The position numbers and the translations under genes are program-made. From a virus, in IMG/VR virus record IMGVR_UViG_3300045303_000152, positions 45,753 to 109,752 of that record: DNA of 64,000 bases. The stretch is one strand, 5' to 3'. A model generated the notes under the pieces. It searched no databases. It was given only the letters and a program-made list of their open reading frames with translations, and was not told the DNA's origin. Below are positions 31,767 through 40,967 of the stretch, one piece after another (the first letter of the stretch is position 1; each line of letters starts with the position of its first letter).

Positions 31767-32378
31767 GTGACCTATACGCCATATCTCGACCAAGGACTAG
31801 AACGATGGCTGTTCACGACCGCTCGCCGTAATCTTTGGCGGGTGCCTCAATGGTACAGCGTGGATGACTTAGTGCAGGATGGCTACGCCAGCTTCTACAA
31901 ATGTGCCAAGCACTATGGCCGGCTGGCTCGCAAGCGCAAGCCTAAGAAGGATGATCGGCGCAACTTCATGGCGCTGGTCAAGCGCACGTTCGAAAACCAT
32001 ATCCATGACCTGTCGACCAAGTCTACCATTCAGCGGGTCGAAAAGCCGGTGTCGCAACTGCATCGGCCAGAAATATCGGCTGACGATTGGCTCGAACGTC
32101 ACGCCAGCGTAGTAGAAGAAAGTATGGCTGACATAACTATCGTCCTTCAGCAAGCACCGCGAGAAATCAAGCAGGCGATTGCCATACTGGTCGGCGATGT
32201 TGTGGACGTCAAATACCTACGCACTAGCAAGAAAAATACGAAGCTCGTTAATAGGGAGACAACCAATGAGTACCTGTGCCGGCGTCTGATCGCGTTTGGG
32301 CACAATTTCGATCCGAAAAAGGTTGACATGATCGAACAGGTTAGGCACTATTTCGGAGTGCAAGCTACCGCAACGTGA
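31767..32378 (+). CDS. sigma-factor-like protein (region 2)
   Basis: 'VDDLVQDGYASFYKCAKHY...F...VKRTFENHIHDL'. Confidence 0.65.
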   Translation: MTYTPYLDQGLERWLFTTARRNLWRVPQWYSVDDLVQDGYASFYKCAKHYGRLARKRKPKKDDRRNFMALVKRTFENHIHDLSTKSTIQRVEKPVSQLHRPEISADDWLERHASVVEESMADITIVLQQAPREIKQAIAILVGDVVDVKYLRTSKKNTKLVNRETTNEYLCRRLIAFGHNFDPKKVDMIEQVRHYFGVQATAT

Positions 32379-32759
32379 GTAAGGAGTGATAGCAAATGAG
32401 CTTTCACGTCGAGTTTGTGTCAGCTTCAGTAGAGGAGGCTGCGCACATCATCAATGAAGACTGCCCTACCTTGCCAGCCAGCGTCAAGAGCTTTCTCATC
32501 GAAGCGCTCGAAGGCTGCAAGGGCGCGGCGGTTTCAATCGCTGCACATGGGTACCTCTACGCACCGGGCGCCAAGTACGATAACTCCACCGTCAACATCG
32601 TGGTGAAACGGCTGGCGATGCGCACTGCGGCGCCCCCGCCGAAAGTGAAAGTAAAAGGGCCGAAACCCCCCAAAGGTTAGAGCTGGACTCTAAAACGTAT
32701 GTAGTGTGTAGGCCCTGAGTTCGGCCTAACCGATACCGTTACAACAAGGAGACTTAACG

Positions 32760-33395
32760 ATGAACGTTTATGACGAACTGACTGGCGCCGTGAAACTCAG
32801 TCAGAAGAAGGGCGAAGCCGATCAGGCGCACTTGAGGAAACTGGTCGAAAAGGCTAGCGAGCTATCTGACAAAGCGTGGGAAGGCTTGTCGGGCAAGGCT
32901 CAGACTTGGGTGAACTCGGCAGTCGATGCCGTGCAGGCCCAAGAGGACATTCCCGAACCGGCCGGCTTTGGCCAGCCCGACGATGACGACGAGGCCGAAG
33001 AGGAGCAAGAGACTGTTGAAGCTGCCGACGATGACGAAGACGCACCCCCAAGCAAAGGAGCTAAGACTGTGAAAGCCAAGGAAGCGAAGAAGGCCAAGGG
33101 CAAGCCGGCGAAGGCTGCCAAGGCTGCCAAGGGCAATGGCAAGGCAAAGGTTGCTGCCAAGAAGAAAGAGGGTGGCGCCAAGCGTGGCCGGGCAGCTCGG
33201 CTGTTCAAAGATGATCAGCGCATCACCGTGCTCAGCAAGAAGAACCCCAAGCGCGAGGGCAGCGGCGGCTACGAGCGTTTCGAGCTCTACTCCACCGGCA
33301 AGAAGGGCATGACTGTCAAGCAAGCGCTCGATGCCGGCGTCACCAGTGGCGACCTGAAGTGGGACAGCGAGCACAAGTTCATCAAGATCGACTGA
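32760..33395 (+). CDS. acidic/basic protein with C-terminal 'NPKR...D-W-D' domain (paralog of 1169..1519)
   Basis: RITVL..NPKR...RF..Y...TV..A..AG.T..D..WD. Confidence 0.75.
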   Translation: MNVYDELTGAVKLSQKKGEADQAHLRKLVEKASELSDKAWEGLSGKAQTWVNSAVDAVQAQEDIPEPAGFGQPDDDDEAEEEQETVEAADDDEDAPPSKGAKTVKAKEAKKAKGKPAKAAKAAKGNGKAKVAAKKKEGGAKRGRAARLFKDDQRITVLSKKNPKREGSGGYERFELYSTGKKGMTVKQALDAGVTSGDLKWDSEHKFIKID

Positions 33396-33470
33396 GCCTA
33401 CACAGCTAGCTCTGCCTACACATGGTGGCTTCATCTCCGGGTGAAGCCATCACTGTATGAAGGACACAAG

Positions 33471-34328
33471 ATGATAGAACTGCCCCCAAAAAACGTTGCA
33501 GCCCTATGCAAGTTCGTGATCGAGCGGCAGCGTATCTACACTCGTCGGCTTGCCGGCAAGTCGAAGCCTTGGACCGACGACCCGATATTGCGGCAATATA
33601 GGTTCTGCAACATTTACCGTGAGCAGGATAAGGTCACTAAGTGGATCGCCTACAACTGGCGCAATCCGAACAACATGCACACAGACTTGTGGTTTGCCAT
33701 GTTGGTCGCCCGCTACATCAACGAGCCCGGTACACTCAAGTTGCTACCGTTTCCCTTGCCTTGGAACCGGCTCAACTTTCACGATGCCGTGAGTGCTCGC
33801 AAGAAGGCTGGGCTGACGGTATACAATGCGGCTTACATCATTTCGACGGGCGGGCAATCTGTACCCAAGCACGAGTACCTGGGCAACTTCTTTGATAAGT
33901 TTTGGTGGATGCGAAAGCAAATTCGCCCACGCGAAGGCGATACCCTGGCCAATTTCAGCGAGCGGCTGGTGGCGGTGCAGGGCATGGGCAAGTTCTTTAG
34001 CGGGCAGATCATCGCTGACGTAAAGTATGCTGAAGGCAGTACCTTGCGCAAAGCCGACGATTGGTGGACATTTGCTGTGTCAGGCCCCGGCTCGAGACGC
34101 GGCCTCAATCGGGTTTGCAACAACCCCGTCGATCAGGGTTGGAATGAGGGAGATTGGCATGCGCACCTCAGTACGCTACGTCGTGCGGTCAATAAGGAGA
34201 TCACAACGAAGGGTTTGGAGAAGCTGCATGCACAGGATCTACAAAATTCGCTATGTGAGTTTGACAAGTATCTGCGAGTCCAAAAAGGTGAAGGCCGCCC
34301 TAAGCAAAAGTACGATGGTATGGCGTAG
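33471..34328 (+). CDS. 5-hmdU DNA kinase family (aGPT-Pplase clade 1 / HMUDK helical domain)
   Basis: 'ERQRIY...PWTDDPILRQYRFCNIYREQDKVT', 'GPGSRRGL', 'QNSLCEFDKYLR'. Confidence 0.85.
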   Translation: MIELPPKNVAALCKFVIERQRIYTRRLAGKSKPWTDDPILRQYRFCNIYREQDKVTKWIAYNWRNPNNMHTDLWFAMLVARYINEPGTLKLLPFPLPWNRLNFHDAVSARKKAGLTVYNAAYIISTGGQSVPKHEYLGNFFDKFWWMRKQIRPREGDTLANFSERLVAVQGMGKFFSGQIIADVKYAEGSTLRKADDWWTFAVSGPGSRRGLNRVCNNPVDQGWNEGDWHAHLSTLRRAVNKEITTKGLEKLHAQDLQNSLCEFDKYLRVQKGEGRPKQKYDGMA

Positions 34329-34417
34329 CTTTTCGATTGAGGATCGGACATGCGCCATCGGCGCGGTGTTCTGGCTGTGGTGTTCGATCGGCTACTTGGC
34401 TGGTCAAGTGGGGTAGA

Positions 34418-35278
34418 ATGGACCTGATCGTAATACCTACTTGGGGGCGGGCGAAGCGGCAGCAAACTTTGGCTGCCCTCGAGAAAACAGATGTTGTGTA
34501 TACCCACAAAGTAGTTCTACTTGTGCGGCCTGAGGAAGTGGCAAAGTACCGTCACCCAAGCTATAAAGGCAAACGCATTAAGTCAGCGACTATGAAAGAG
34601 ATTGACGTGGTGGCAGTGCCAGAAAACTGCGAAGGTATAAGTAAGAAGCGAGCCTATGCCTTGACCACGCTGGCAAAGCAGTACGACGCCAAGTATCTAA
34701 TGATGCTCGATGATGACCTGTCATTCTGTCATCGGCCTGATTTGCGTAAGGCAGATATGCCCTATATCAACGCTGACTCTTACGGCATGCACTGGATGAT
34801 CGAAACTATCACCGAGCAATTAGAAAAAGGGTATGCTCATGTCGGGTTGATTTCTAGGCAGGCCAACCGCAAGCTAGGTGTTAGGTGGCAGAAACCCGGT
34901 CGATTGATGAATGCCTATGCCTACAATGTGCCAATAATTTCTCAGCTAATACGCAAGCACAAATTAGTGCTAGGTCGCTTGCAGTTCATGGAAGACTTTG
35001 ATTTGACGTTACAGCTATTGCGCCTTGGTTATCCCAATCGCATCAGTTGCCAATTCGCCTGGACCACAACATCGAACCTAAATGGAGGTTGTAGCAGCTA
35101 TCGTACCGCAGAAGCACAAGCTGAAGCCGCGCGCAAGCTGGCCAAGCTGCACAAGCCTTTTGTGCAAACGGTAGAAAAGCAGGCCAAGACCTGGAAGAAT
35201 TCGTTGACTACCCGCGTCGATGTGCGGGTAGCGTGGAAGAAAGCCTATGAGGCTAGTAAGGGAGGTAAACGTGGCTGA
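34418..35278 (+). CDS. TET/JBP-associated-type glycosyltransferase (GT-A)
   Basis: 'IPTWGR', 'GISKKR', 'MLDDDL', 'MEDFDLTLQLLRLG', 'GGCSSYRT'. Confidence 0.8.
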   Translation: MDLIVIPTWGRAKRQQTLAALEKTDVVYTHKVVLLVRPEEVAKYRHPSYKGKRIKSATMKEIDVVAVPENCEGISKKRAYALTTLAKQYDAKYLMMLDDDLSFCHRPDLRKADMPYINADSYGMHWMIETITEQLEKGYAHVGLISRQANRKLGVRWQKPGRLMNAYAYNVPIISQLIRKHKLVLGRLQFMEDFDLTLQLLRLGYPNRISCQFAWTTTSNLNGGCSSYRTAEAQAEAARKLAKLHKPFVQTVEKQAKTWKNSLTTRVDVRVAWKKAYEASKGGKRG

Positions 35279-35895
35279 TACTTCTAAGGAACCCACCCTA
35301 AAGGACTTCACCTTGGGGGAGCTGATGGTACTGCACAACCAACAGCTAATTGCGCTGGCGCTGGCTAAGCTTTTGGCAGATCAAAACTTATTAGGAACGG
35401 CAGGTGCGCTTAGAGCTGGAATACAAACTGCACCAAGCAAGTAGGGTATAAACCAATGGCAGATACAAAGGACTTTTCGCCGGCTGAGCAGGCGATACTA
35501 CACAATCAGCAACTTCTCATGCTAGGAGTGGCTAGGCTTTTGGTAGAGGTGGACTGCAACTTACTGGCAGCTAAAATCCAAAGAGAGTTCATAACCGCGC
35601 CAGATTTTGTGGCGCTGGACGATACAGCTCGAGAGTTCGCGTTAAAGGGAGACTAGCAATGAGCTTGAAGGATGATCTCATAAAACTGCGCGACCAGCTA
35701 GCCACAGATTATCATCATTGTACCGGCTTGCGCACTATAGCTGCTGATGATCTCGTGCAAACATTAGGTGAGGTGGCGGCAGATATGCTGCCCGAGTTTG
35801 CTGCACTCGATGAAGCAGCGCAAGAGTTCGCATTGAATGAGGCGTGTCCAGAAGGCACCATTATAAGTTGTAGCCCCGTTCGCCTAGTAGAGTAA
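35271..35895 (+). other. three short tandem, partially paralogous CDSs (35271-35444, 35456-35656, 35659-35895)
   Basis: Shared 'KDF...LHNQQL' and 'F.ALD..A.EFAL' segments. Confidence 0.7.
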
Positions 35896-35916
35896 CCAGT
35901 AACCGGAGTACCCCAA

Positions 35917-36576
35917 ATGAAGCACGCTGATATCTATGGAAATGCTAGGTTAGCCGGCAGCGTTAAGAGATACCACGCCCAACCCTATTTGACGACGCAA
36001 ACCGTGGGCGAGCACACGTGGCAAATCTTTCGCATTTACACAACCATTTGGGGTGAAATTCCGCCCCATGTGACGACGGCGATTATCTGGCACGATGCCG
36101 GCGAGCTGTTCGCGGGCGATACTCCCTACCCAGCCAAAAAGGCTTCGCCGGGGTTGCGTGGGTTGCTCAAAACTTTGGAAATTGATGGCATCGAGCAAAT
36201 GGGTGGGCCGTGGAACCCCGACGGCAAGCTCACGACCCTTGAGCAAATCAAGATCAAGATTTGCGATAACCTCGACATGCTTGAGCACGGCTTGGTCGAA
36301 ATGGCGATGGGCAATCGCCTTATGGAGCCTGTCACCAACGTGACTTATGCGTGGCTCATTGAAACCCTCGACTGGGATAATGATGCGATACCTCACCTCG
36401 ATAAAGACTATGCCATTCGTTACCTGCTCAAAGTCCGTAAAGCGGCGCGAACGTATGGTATACCCAACGAGGTTTTCATCATCGAGAAAAATATACCCCT
36501 CGCTGCTCAGTTGACCAAGCTGGCCGCAGTAACCCAACCGCCAGGAACCCCCGTAGTTTTACCAGTCAACATCTAG
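35917..36576 (+). CDS. HD-domain phosphohydrolase (YfbR-like)
   Basis: 'VKRYH...QTVGEHT', 'HDAGE..AGD.PYPAK', 'KICD.LD'. Confidence 0.85.
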   Translation: MKHADIYGNARLAGSVKRYHAQPYLTTQTVGEHTWQIFRIYTTIWGEIPPHVTTAIIWHDAGELFAGDTPYPAKKASPGLRGLLKTLEIDGIEQMGGPWNPDGKLTTLEQIKIKICDNLDMLEHGLVEMAMGNRLMEPVTNVTYAWLIETLDWDNDAIPHLDKDYAIRYLLKVRKAARTYGIPNEVFIIEKNIPLAAQLTKLAAVTQPPGTPVVLPVNI

Positions 36577-36608
36577 CACGCATCAACCCATTCAATGGAG
36601 CATAGACA

Positions 36609-37112
36609 GTGGATATCATCAAGGCAACGGGTGGCCACCCAAATCAATGGACGTATAGAGACGCACCCGGCTTGATATGGATAAACACGGTCGCTCTTAA
36701 ATACGAGGGCAATGCTTGTCTTAAATGGCCGTACAGCATGGTTAAGGGAGGGTACGGGCAGCTAACTGTGAATGGTAAGTGTTGGAAAGCTAATAGATTT
36801 TTATGCATCTTAGCCTATGGAGAACCCCCGACTAACAAACATCAAGCAGCGCATACGTGCAAAACCAAGGGATGTATGACCAAGAAACATTTAGGTTGGA
36901 AAACTCCAGCCCAAAACCAGCGTGATCGAATTAAAGATGGTACTGATAGTAAGGGAGTACGCAATGGTAGAGCCAAACTAACTTTGCGCAACGTAAAGGA
37001 GATTAGACAAGCTAAGGGCAAAGTATCGCAAAATCGGCTTGCGGTACTTTTTGGCATTCACCAGACGACAGTAAGTAAAATACAGCGCAACCAACTTTGG
37101 CAAGGAGGGTAG
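36609..37112 (+). CDS. HNH homing endonuclease
   Basis: 'CLKW...GYG', 'AAHTC...C...HL.W.T..QN..D', C-terminal HTH. Confidence 0.85.
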   Translation: MDIIKATGGHPNQWTYRDAPGLIWINTVALKYEGNACLKWPYSMVKGGYGQLTVNGKCWKANRFLCILAYGEPPTNKHQAAHTCKTKGCMTKKHLGWKTPAQNQRDRIKDGTDSKGVRNGRAKLTLRNVKEIRQAKGKVSQNRLAVLFGIHQTTVSKIQRNQLWQGG

Positions 37113-37117
37113 TACCT

Positions 37118-38248
37118 ATGGATGTAATAAGAAGTACCAATGTTAATGAGGCGTATCTCAAAGGGTTGCACCTAATTGCAACCAAAGGCGTGCTCGAGAA
37201 ATCGCGCGCCGGCGACGTACTGGTAGTCCCCAATCCGGTCGTCACGCAATACAATTACCCAATGGAGCGGGTGCTGTTCGACGTGACCCGTGATGCTAAC
37301 CCCTGGTTTCATTTGATGGAAGCATTGTGGATGTTGATGGGCCGCAACGATGCCACATGGCTGGACCGCTTCGTCAAGGACTACTCGAAGCGGTTCGCTG
37401 AGGATGATGGTACCCAGTGGGGTGCCTATGGCCAGCGGTGGCGCAGTCACTTTCTTTCGACCAGCATGGAGTCATATGAGGAAGGCCCTATTGACCCGCT
37501 ATTTGACCAACTGTCGGAGGTGGTCAGGTTATTGCACAAGAACCCCAACGACCGGCGCGTGGTGCTACAGATGTGGGACCCCGAGTACGACCTGGGCAAA
37601 AACACGAAGGATGTACCGTGCAACCTTTGCGTGCTGCCGCGCGTGGTGAACAAAAAGCTCGACATCACCGTCTTCTGTCGCAGCAACGATGCCATCTGGG
37701 GTGCGTACGGCAGCAACGCCGTTCACTTCAGCATTTTGCAGGAATATCTTGCCGCGCGGTTGGGTGTAGGAATAGGCACGTATTACCAGATTAGCAACAA
37801 CTTTCACGCTTATAAGAACGTGTTCGAGGCTAAGACCAAGCACCTGATTATCGACCCTGCTGGACCAACCGGGCCGGCGCCCACGCCGATAGGTAAGAGT
37901 GAGTTCGTGGTGGCGCCTGCTTGGTACAGGCCAGCTGATACGTTGCAATGCCCCTACTACTTCCACACGGCGAAGCCAACGCCCATCGTGACTGCCGGCG
38001 ACACGTTCGACGATGACTTGATCCAGTTCTTCAGCGGCGATCACCCGCCGATCAAGTACTATCACAACAGCTTTTTCTCTGAGATCGCCATACCGATGTA
38101 CTACAGCTTCAAGGCGTGGCGAGATAAGGATTTGACTGGCGCCTTGCAGTGGCTTACGCGCATGCCTGAGCCAAATGGCGATTGGCGCCTTGCATGTCAA
38201 CAGTGGTATGATCGGCGCCGTTATGCTGGAACTAAGGTTCAAAGTTGA
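37118..38248 (+). CDS. thymidylate-synthase homolog, probable dUMP hydroxymethyltransferase
   Basis: 'DRRVV', catalytic 'DVPCN', 'CRSND', Asn at the dUMP-specificity position ('GAYGSN'), 'NFHAY'; adjacent to the 5-hmdU kinase gene. Confidence 0.85.
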   Translation: MDVIRSTNVNEAYLKGLHLIATKGVLEKSRAGDVLVVPNPVVTQYNYPMERVLFDVTRDANPWFHLMEALWMLMGRNDATWLDRFVKDYSKRFAEDDGTQWGAYGQRWRSHFLSTSMESYEEGPIDPLFDQLSEVVRLLHKNPNDRRVVLQMWDPEYDLGKNTKDVPCNLCVLPRVVNKKLDITVFCRSNDAIWGAYGSNAVHFSILQEYLAARLGVGIGTYYQISNNFHAYKNVFEAKTKHLIIDPAGPTGPAPTPIGKSEFVVAPAWYRPADTLQCPYYFHTAKPTPIVTAGDTFDDDLIQFFSGDHPPIKYYHNSFFSEIAIPMYYSFKAWRDKDLTGALQWLTRMPEPNGDWRLACQQWYDRRRYAGTKVQS

Positions 38249-38250
38249 AC
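38237..38250. promoter_or_regulatory. palindrome GTTCAANNTTGAAC, copy 5
   Basis: GGTTCAAAGTTGAACC overlapping the TS stop. Confidence 0.6.
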
Positions 38251-38277
38251 CGGGGCTCTAACTCAGGAGACAGGGTG

Positions 38278-38562
38278 ATGACCCGAAATAATACTATCTT
38301 ACTGTGCCTAGCGATCAACGTTGTAGTGAGCCTAATAGTGCTAGGCGGTTGCGATCCTCGACTGTGGCCTGATCCTACCAAGGAGAAGCAAGAGAAGCAG
38401 GCGCAAGTAGTTGCCGGCCGTGACAACGAGGGCTTGAAGATACGGGTGGACGACCTTGACCATCGGGCTAGGGATGAGGCAACGGCGGTTGACAAACGCT
38501 TTAGGGAACTAGAGCGTCGCATCGAGCGATTGGAACAGGGCCTGCCCGCAGTGCGTCAATAG
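38278..38562 (+). CDS. probable lipoprotein with coiled coil
   Basis: Hydrophobic leader ending LGGC. Confidence 0.55.
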   Translation: MTRNNTILLCLAINVVVSLIVLGGCDPRLWPDPTKEKQEKQAQVVAGRDNEGLKIRVDDLDHRARDEATAVDKRFRELERRIERLEQGLPAVRQ

Positions 38563-38575
38563 TTCAAAATTGAAC
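38562..38575. promoter_or_regulatory. palindrome GTTCAANNTTGAAC, copy 6
   Basis: GTTCAAAATTGAAC starting at the stop codon. Confidence 0.65.
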
Positions 38576-38588
38576 GAGGGTTCTAGTT

Positions 38589-38933
38589 ATGATAACCAGA
38601 AGAAAGCTGCTTTACTGGCTCGGCCTAGCGCCGGCTGCTTCAGTTCTGCCAGTCGACAAGTTCGGCTCGGCTAACGTGCTGTTCGATGGACCAACTGAGA
38701 ATATTGGCAAAACTATCCAATACGTTCAATACGTCGACCCTACTAAGTGGACTATACCTGAGGATTGGAATAAGGTTTACATTGAGTGCGTAGGTTACGG
38801 GGGTGGAAATGGTGGCGGTGGGGGTAATGCAACGAGAATGGAAATACGGCGTGGGTCAGGCGAAAGCACCACGACTGGTATTGGCGGTGCAGGTAGAAAG
38901 TTAGCTAAGGGAGAACCCGATGTCAGCGAATGA
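38589..38933 (+). CDS. Tat-signal-like glycine-rich protein
   Basis: MITRRKLL leader; 'WTIP...VYIECVGYGGG'. Confidence 0.55.
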   Translation: MITRRKLLYWLGLAPAASVLPVDKFGSANVLFDGPTENIGKTIQYVQYVDPTKWTIPEDWNKVYIECVGYGGGNGGGGGNATRMEIRRGSGESTTTGIGGAGRKLAKGEPDVSE

Positions 38934-39393
38934 TAGGCAGGTAGGTGGGAGCCACTACAAAGGCAGTTACGAGCATTGGGATTTTGTGACCAACGTTGGT
39001 ATGTCTTATTTACCAGCGCAAGTTTGCAAGTACCTGAAGCGCTGGCGTGACAAGAACGGCCGTGAGGACGTCGAAAAGGCTGGGCACTTCCTCGACAAAA
39101 TGATTGAGGTGGCACCTATTCTAATTTTGCAAAGGCCAAATATTCCCGCTGACTACATCAATAGTGAGGTTGATAGCTACTTGCACGCCAATGGCATTAA
39201 AGGTGAAGAAGCGGCCATCACTTCTATACTTGCGCATTGGTCTACCAAAAGCCATCTGCAAATGGCCAAGTGCTACATCGAGACCTTGGTAATGAAGATA
39301 CCCCAAGGGCACGCTACCATTAAGCTTGGTGGAGGCGGCGGCCACGCTTCACGGCCCGACAGCGATGAGAGCGTACATGGAAATAGATCGTGA
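38920..39393 (+). CDS. DUF3310 (SaV-like) protein
   Basis: 'QVGGSHY', 'KYLKRWRDKNGREDVEKA'. Confidence 0.85.
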   Translation: MSANDRQVGGSHYKGSYEHWDFVTNVGMSYLPAQVCKYLKRWRDKNGREDVEKAGHFLDKMIEVAPILILQRPNIPADYINSEVDSYLHANGIKGEEAAITSILAHWSTKSHLQMAKCYIETLVMKIPQGHATIKLGGGGGHASRPDSDESVHGNRS

Positions 39394-39871
39394 GGCATTG
39401 CTGGCGGCAATGACCTACAACAAAAAGTCTGGTATTTGCCGCTGGCGAACCACTCGTAAAGGAGTGGAGAAAGTTAATCAAGTGGCTGGCTATGTCGATA
39501 AGCAAGGTAAGCGCTGGATACGATTTAGCAATGGTAGGTATAGATCTACTCATCTTATTTGGTTTTACGTGACTGGTACTTGGCCTCCAGTACTTGTCGA
39601 TCATGAGGATCTAAACGTGTCAAACGATAAATGGAGAAACTTACGTTTAGCAACCCATGCGCAAAACCATTGTAACCTAAGAAAGAGTAAGCGTAACACC
39701 TCGGGTTACAAAGGGGTATCCTTTTGTAAGAAGAAAAATAAGTTTGAGGTACGTATCAATTTTGAGGGGAAATGCCACCGCCTGGGTTATTACAAAACTG
39801 CTAGGCTAGGTCACGCCGTTTACAAGAAAGCTTCGCAACGTTATCATGGTGCGTATGGGAGGATAAGCTAA
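39377..39871 (+). CDS. HNH endonuclease with AP2-like C-terminus
   Basis: 'VDHED.N..ND...NLRLAT..QN', 'NTSGYKGV'. Confidence 0.88.
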   Translation: MEIDREALLAAMTYNKKSGICRWRTTRKGVEKVNQVAGYVDKQGKRWIRFSNGRYRSTHLIWFYVTGTWPPVLVDHEDLNVSNDKWRNLRLATHAQNHCNLRKSKRNTSGYKGVSFCKKKNKFEVRINFEGKCHRLGYYKTARLGHAVYKKASQRYHGAYGRIS

Positions 39872-40965
39872 TGGATATTGATAGAGAACAACTATTGATT
39901 GCGGTACGCGCCGCTAGCAATGTGATGGCGACCAATCATTCGGTTCCCATCTTCAGTAAAATTTGGTTGATGGAAAACCACGTGCTGGCGTTCAACAATA
40001 CCAGCATGGTGATCCATATTCCAATCGACATGCCGGCACTGGGCGGCGTCGATGGCAAGCTGTTGGCCCAGTTGCTCGACCGCTCGGGTGAGGAAACAGT
40101 CAGTATAGAAGTCATCGATGGCAACAAGGCTCGGGTGGAAATCGGGCGCAGCAAGGCAACTCTAGCCGTGATGGACCCTACCGACTACGTGCATCAGTTG
40201 GCCAAGATACCCAAGATTAACGGTGAGGCGCCTATTGAGATACTCTGCGAGCAATTGGGCGAAGAGATCGACCTGGGGGCTTTGCTCAACGTTGGTACCT
40301 TGAAGCATGAACAGGATATTGCATTCAGCTCGCTCACCCTCAACGGCAAGGATGGCAAGCTGACCATGTACGCCAGCGACCGCATTAGTATCAATCGCAG
40401 CATCCTCAGCCTCGACAACATCGAAGAGCCGATAACCCGGCTGGTGCCGATGGATTTCATGCGCACCCTCAAAAAGCTGTGGGACTTGTTTGGTGAGGGC
40501 ACGCTGGTCATCGGCCCTAAGCACGTGATGGTCAGTGTTGAGGATGGACCTACTTTCTATACTACGACCAGCACGTCAGAAAAGCCAATCGACTTCAGGG
40601 CAGCGATAGGCCGGCTGTGGCCGAGCGGTAAGATTGATACCAAAACGCTCGTGCCAATACCTGACGACTTTTGGGATATCATCAAGCGCGCCAAGCTGTT
40701 CGCCAAAAGTGATCCTAACCTCGTCACTTTGGTTGCTAGGCAAAATGAGCTTGAGGTTACGGCCGCAAGTGCCGAAGGTAACTTCAATGAGGTGTTGGAG
40801 TTCGAGCACCCGTCGCAAAAGATATCAGTCAGTTGCGATGACTTGCTTGATGCAGCCTCGCACGTTGATCGTATCTACCTATCTGCTAGTGGTGTGGCCA
40901 TGTTTGGCCCACGCAAGTTCAGCCGGTTTGTAGCTGGCAGAACAACCTACAACCCAGGAAGCTAA
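39871..40965 (+). CDS. DNA polymerase III beta-like sliding clamp
   Basis: 364 aa; 'REQLL.AV...VPIFS.I', 'MYASDRI'; clamp loader nearby. Confidence 0.75.
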   Translation: MDIDREQLLIAVRAASNVMATNHSVPIFSKIWLMENHVLAFNNTSMVIHIPIDMPALGGVDGKLLAQLLDRSGEETVSIEVIDGNKARVEIGRSKATLAVMDPTDYVHQLAKIPKINGEAPIEILCEQLGEEIDLGALLNVGTLKHEQDIAFSSLTLNGKDGKLTMYASDRISINRSILSLDNIEEPITRLVPMDFMRTLKKLWDLFGEGTLVIGPKHVMVSVEDGPTFYTTTSTSEKPIDFRAAIGRLWPSGKIDTKTLVPIPDDFWDIIKRAKLFAKSDPNLVTLVARQNELEVTAASAEGNFNEVLEFEHPSQKISVSCDDLLDAASHVDRIYLSASGVAMFGPRKFSRFVAGRTTYNPGS

Positions 40966-40967
40966 AA

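Noticed and set aside
35917-36576. Z-genome (DatZ/PurZ) pathway
   Set aside because: HD, MazG-like and PolA genes are present, but there is no PurZ in the window and the context is pyrimidine modification
37118-38248. dCMP hydroxymethylase
   Set aside because: The specificity residue appears to be Asn rather than Asp and a 5-hmdU kinase gene is adjacent; disfavoured but not excluded
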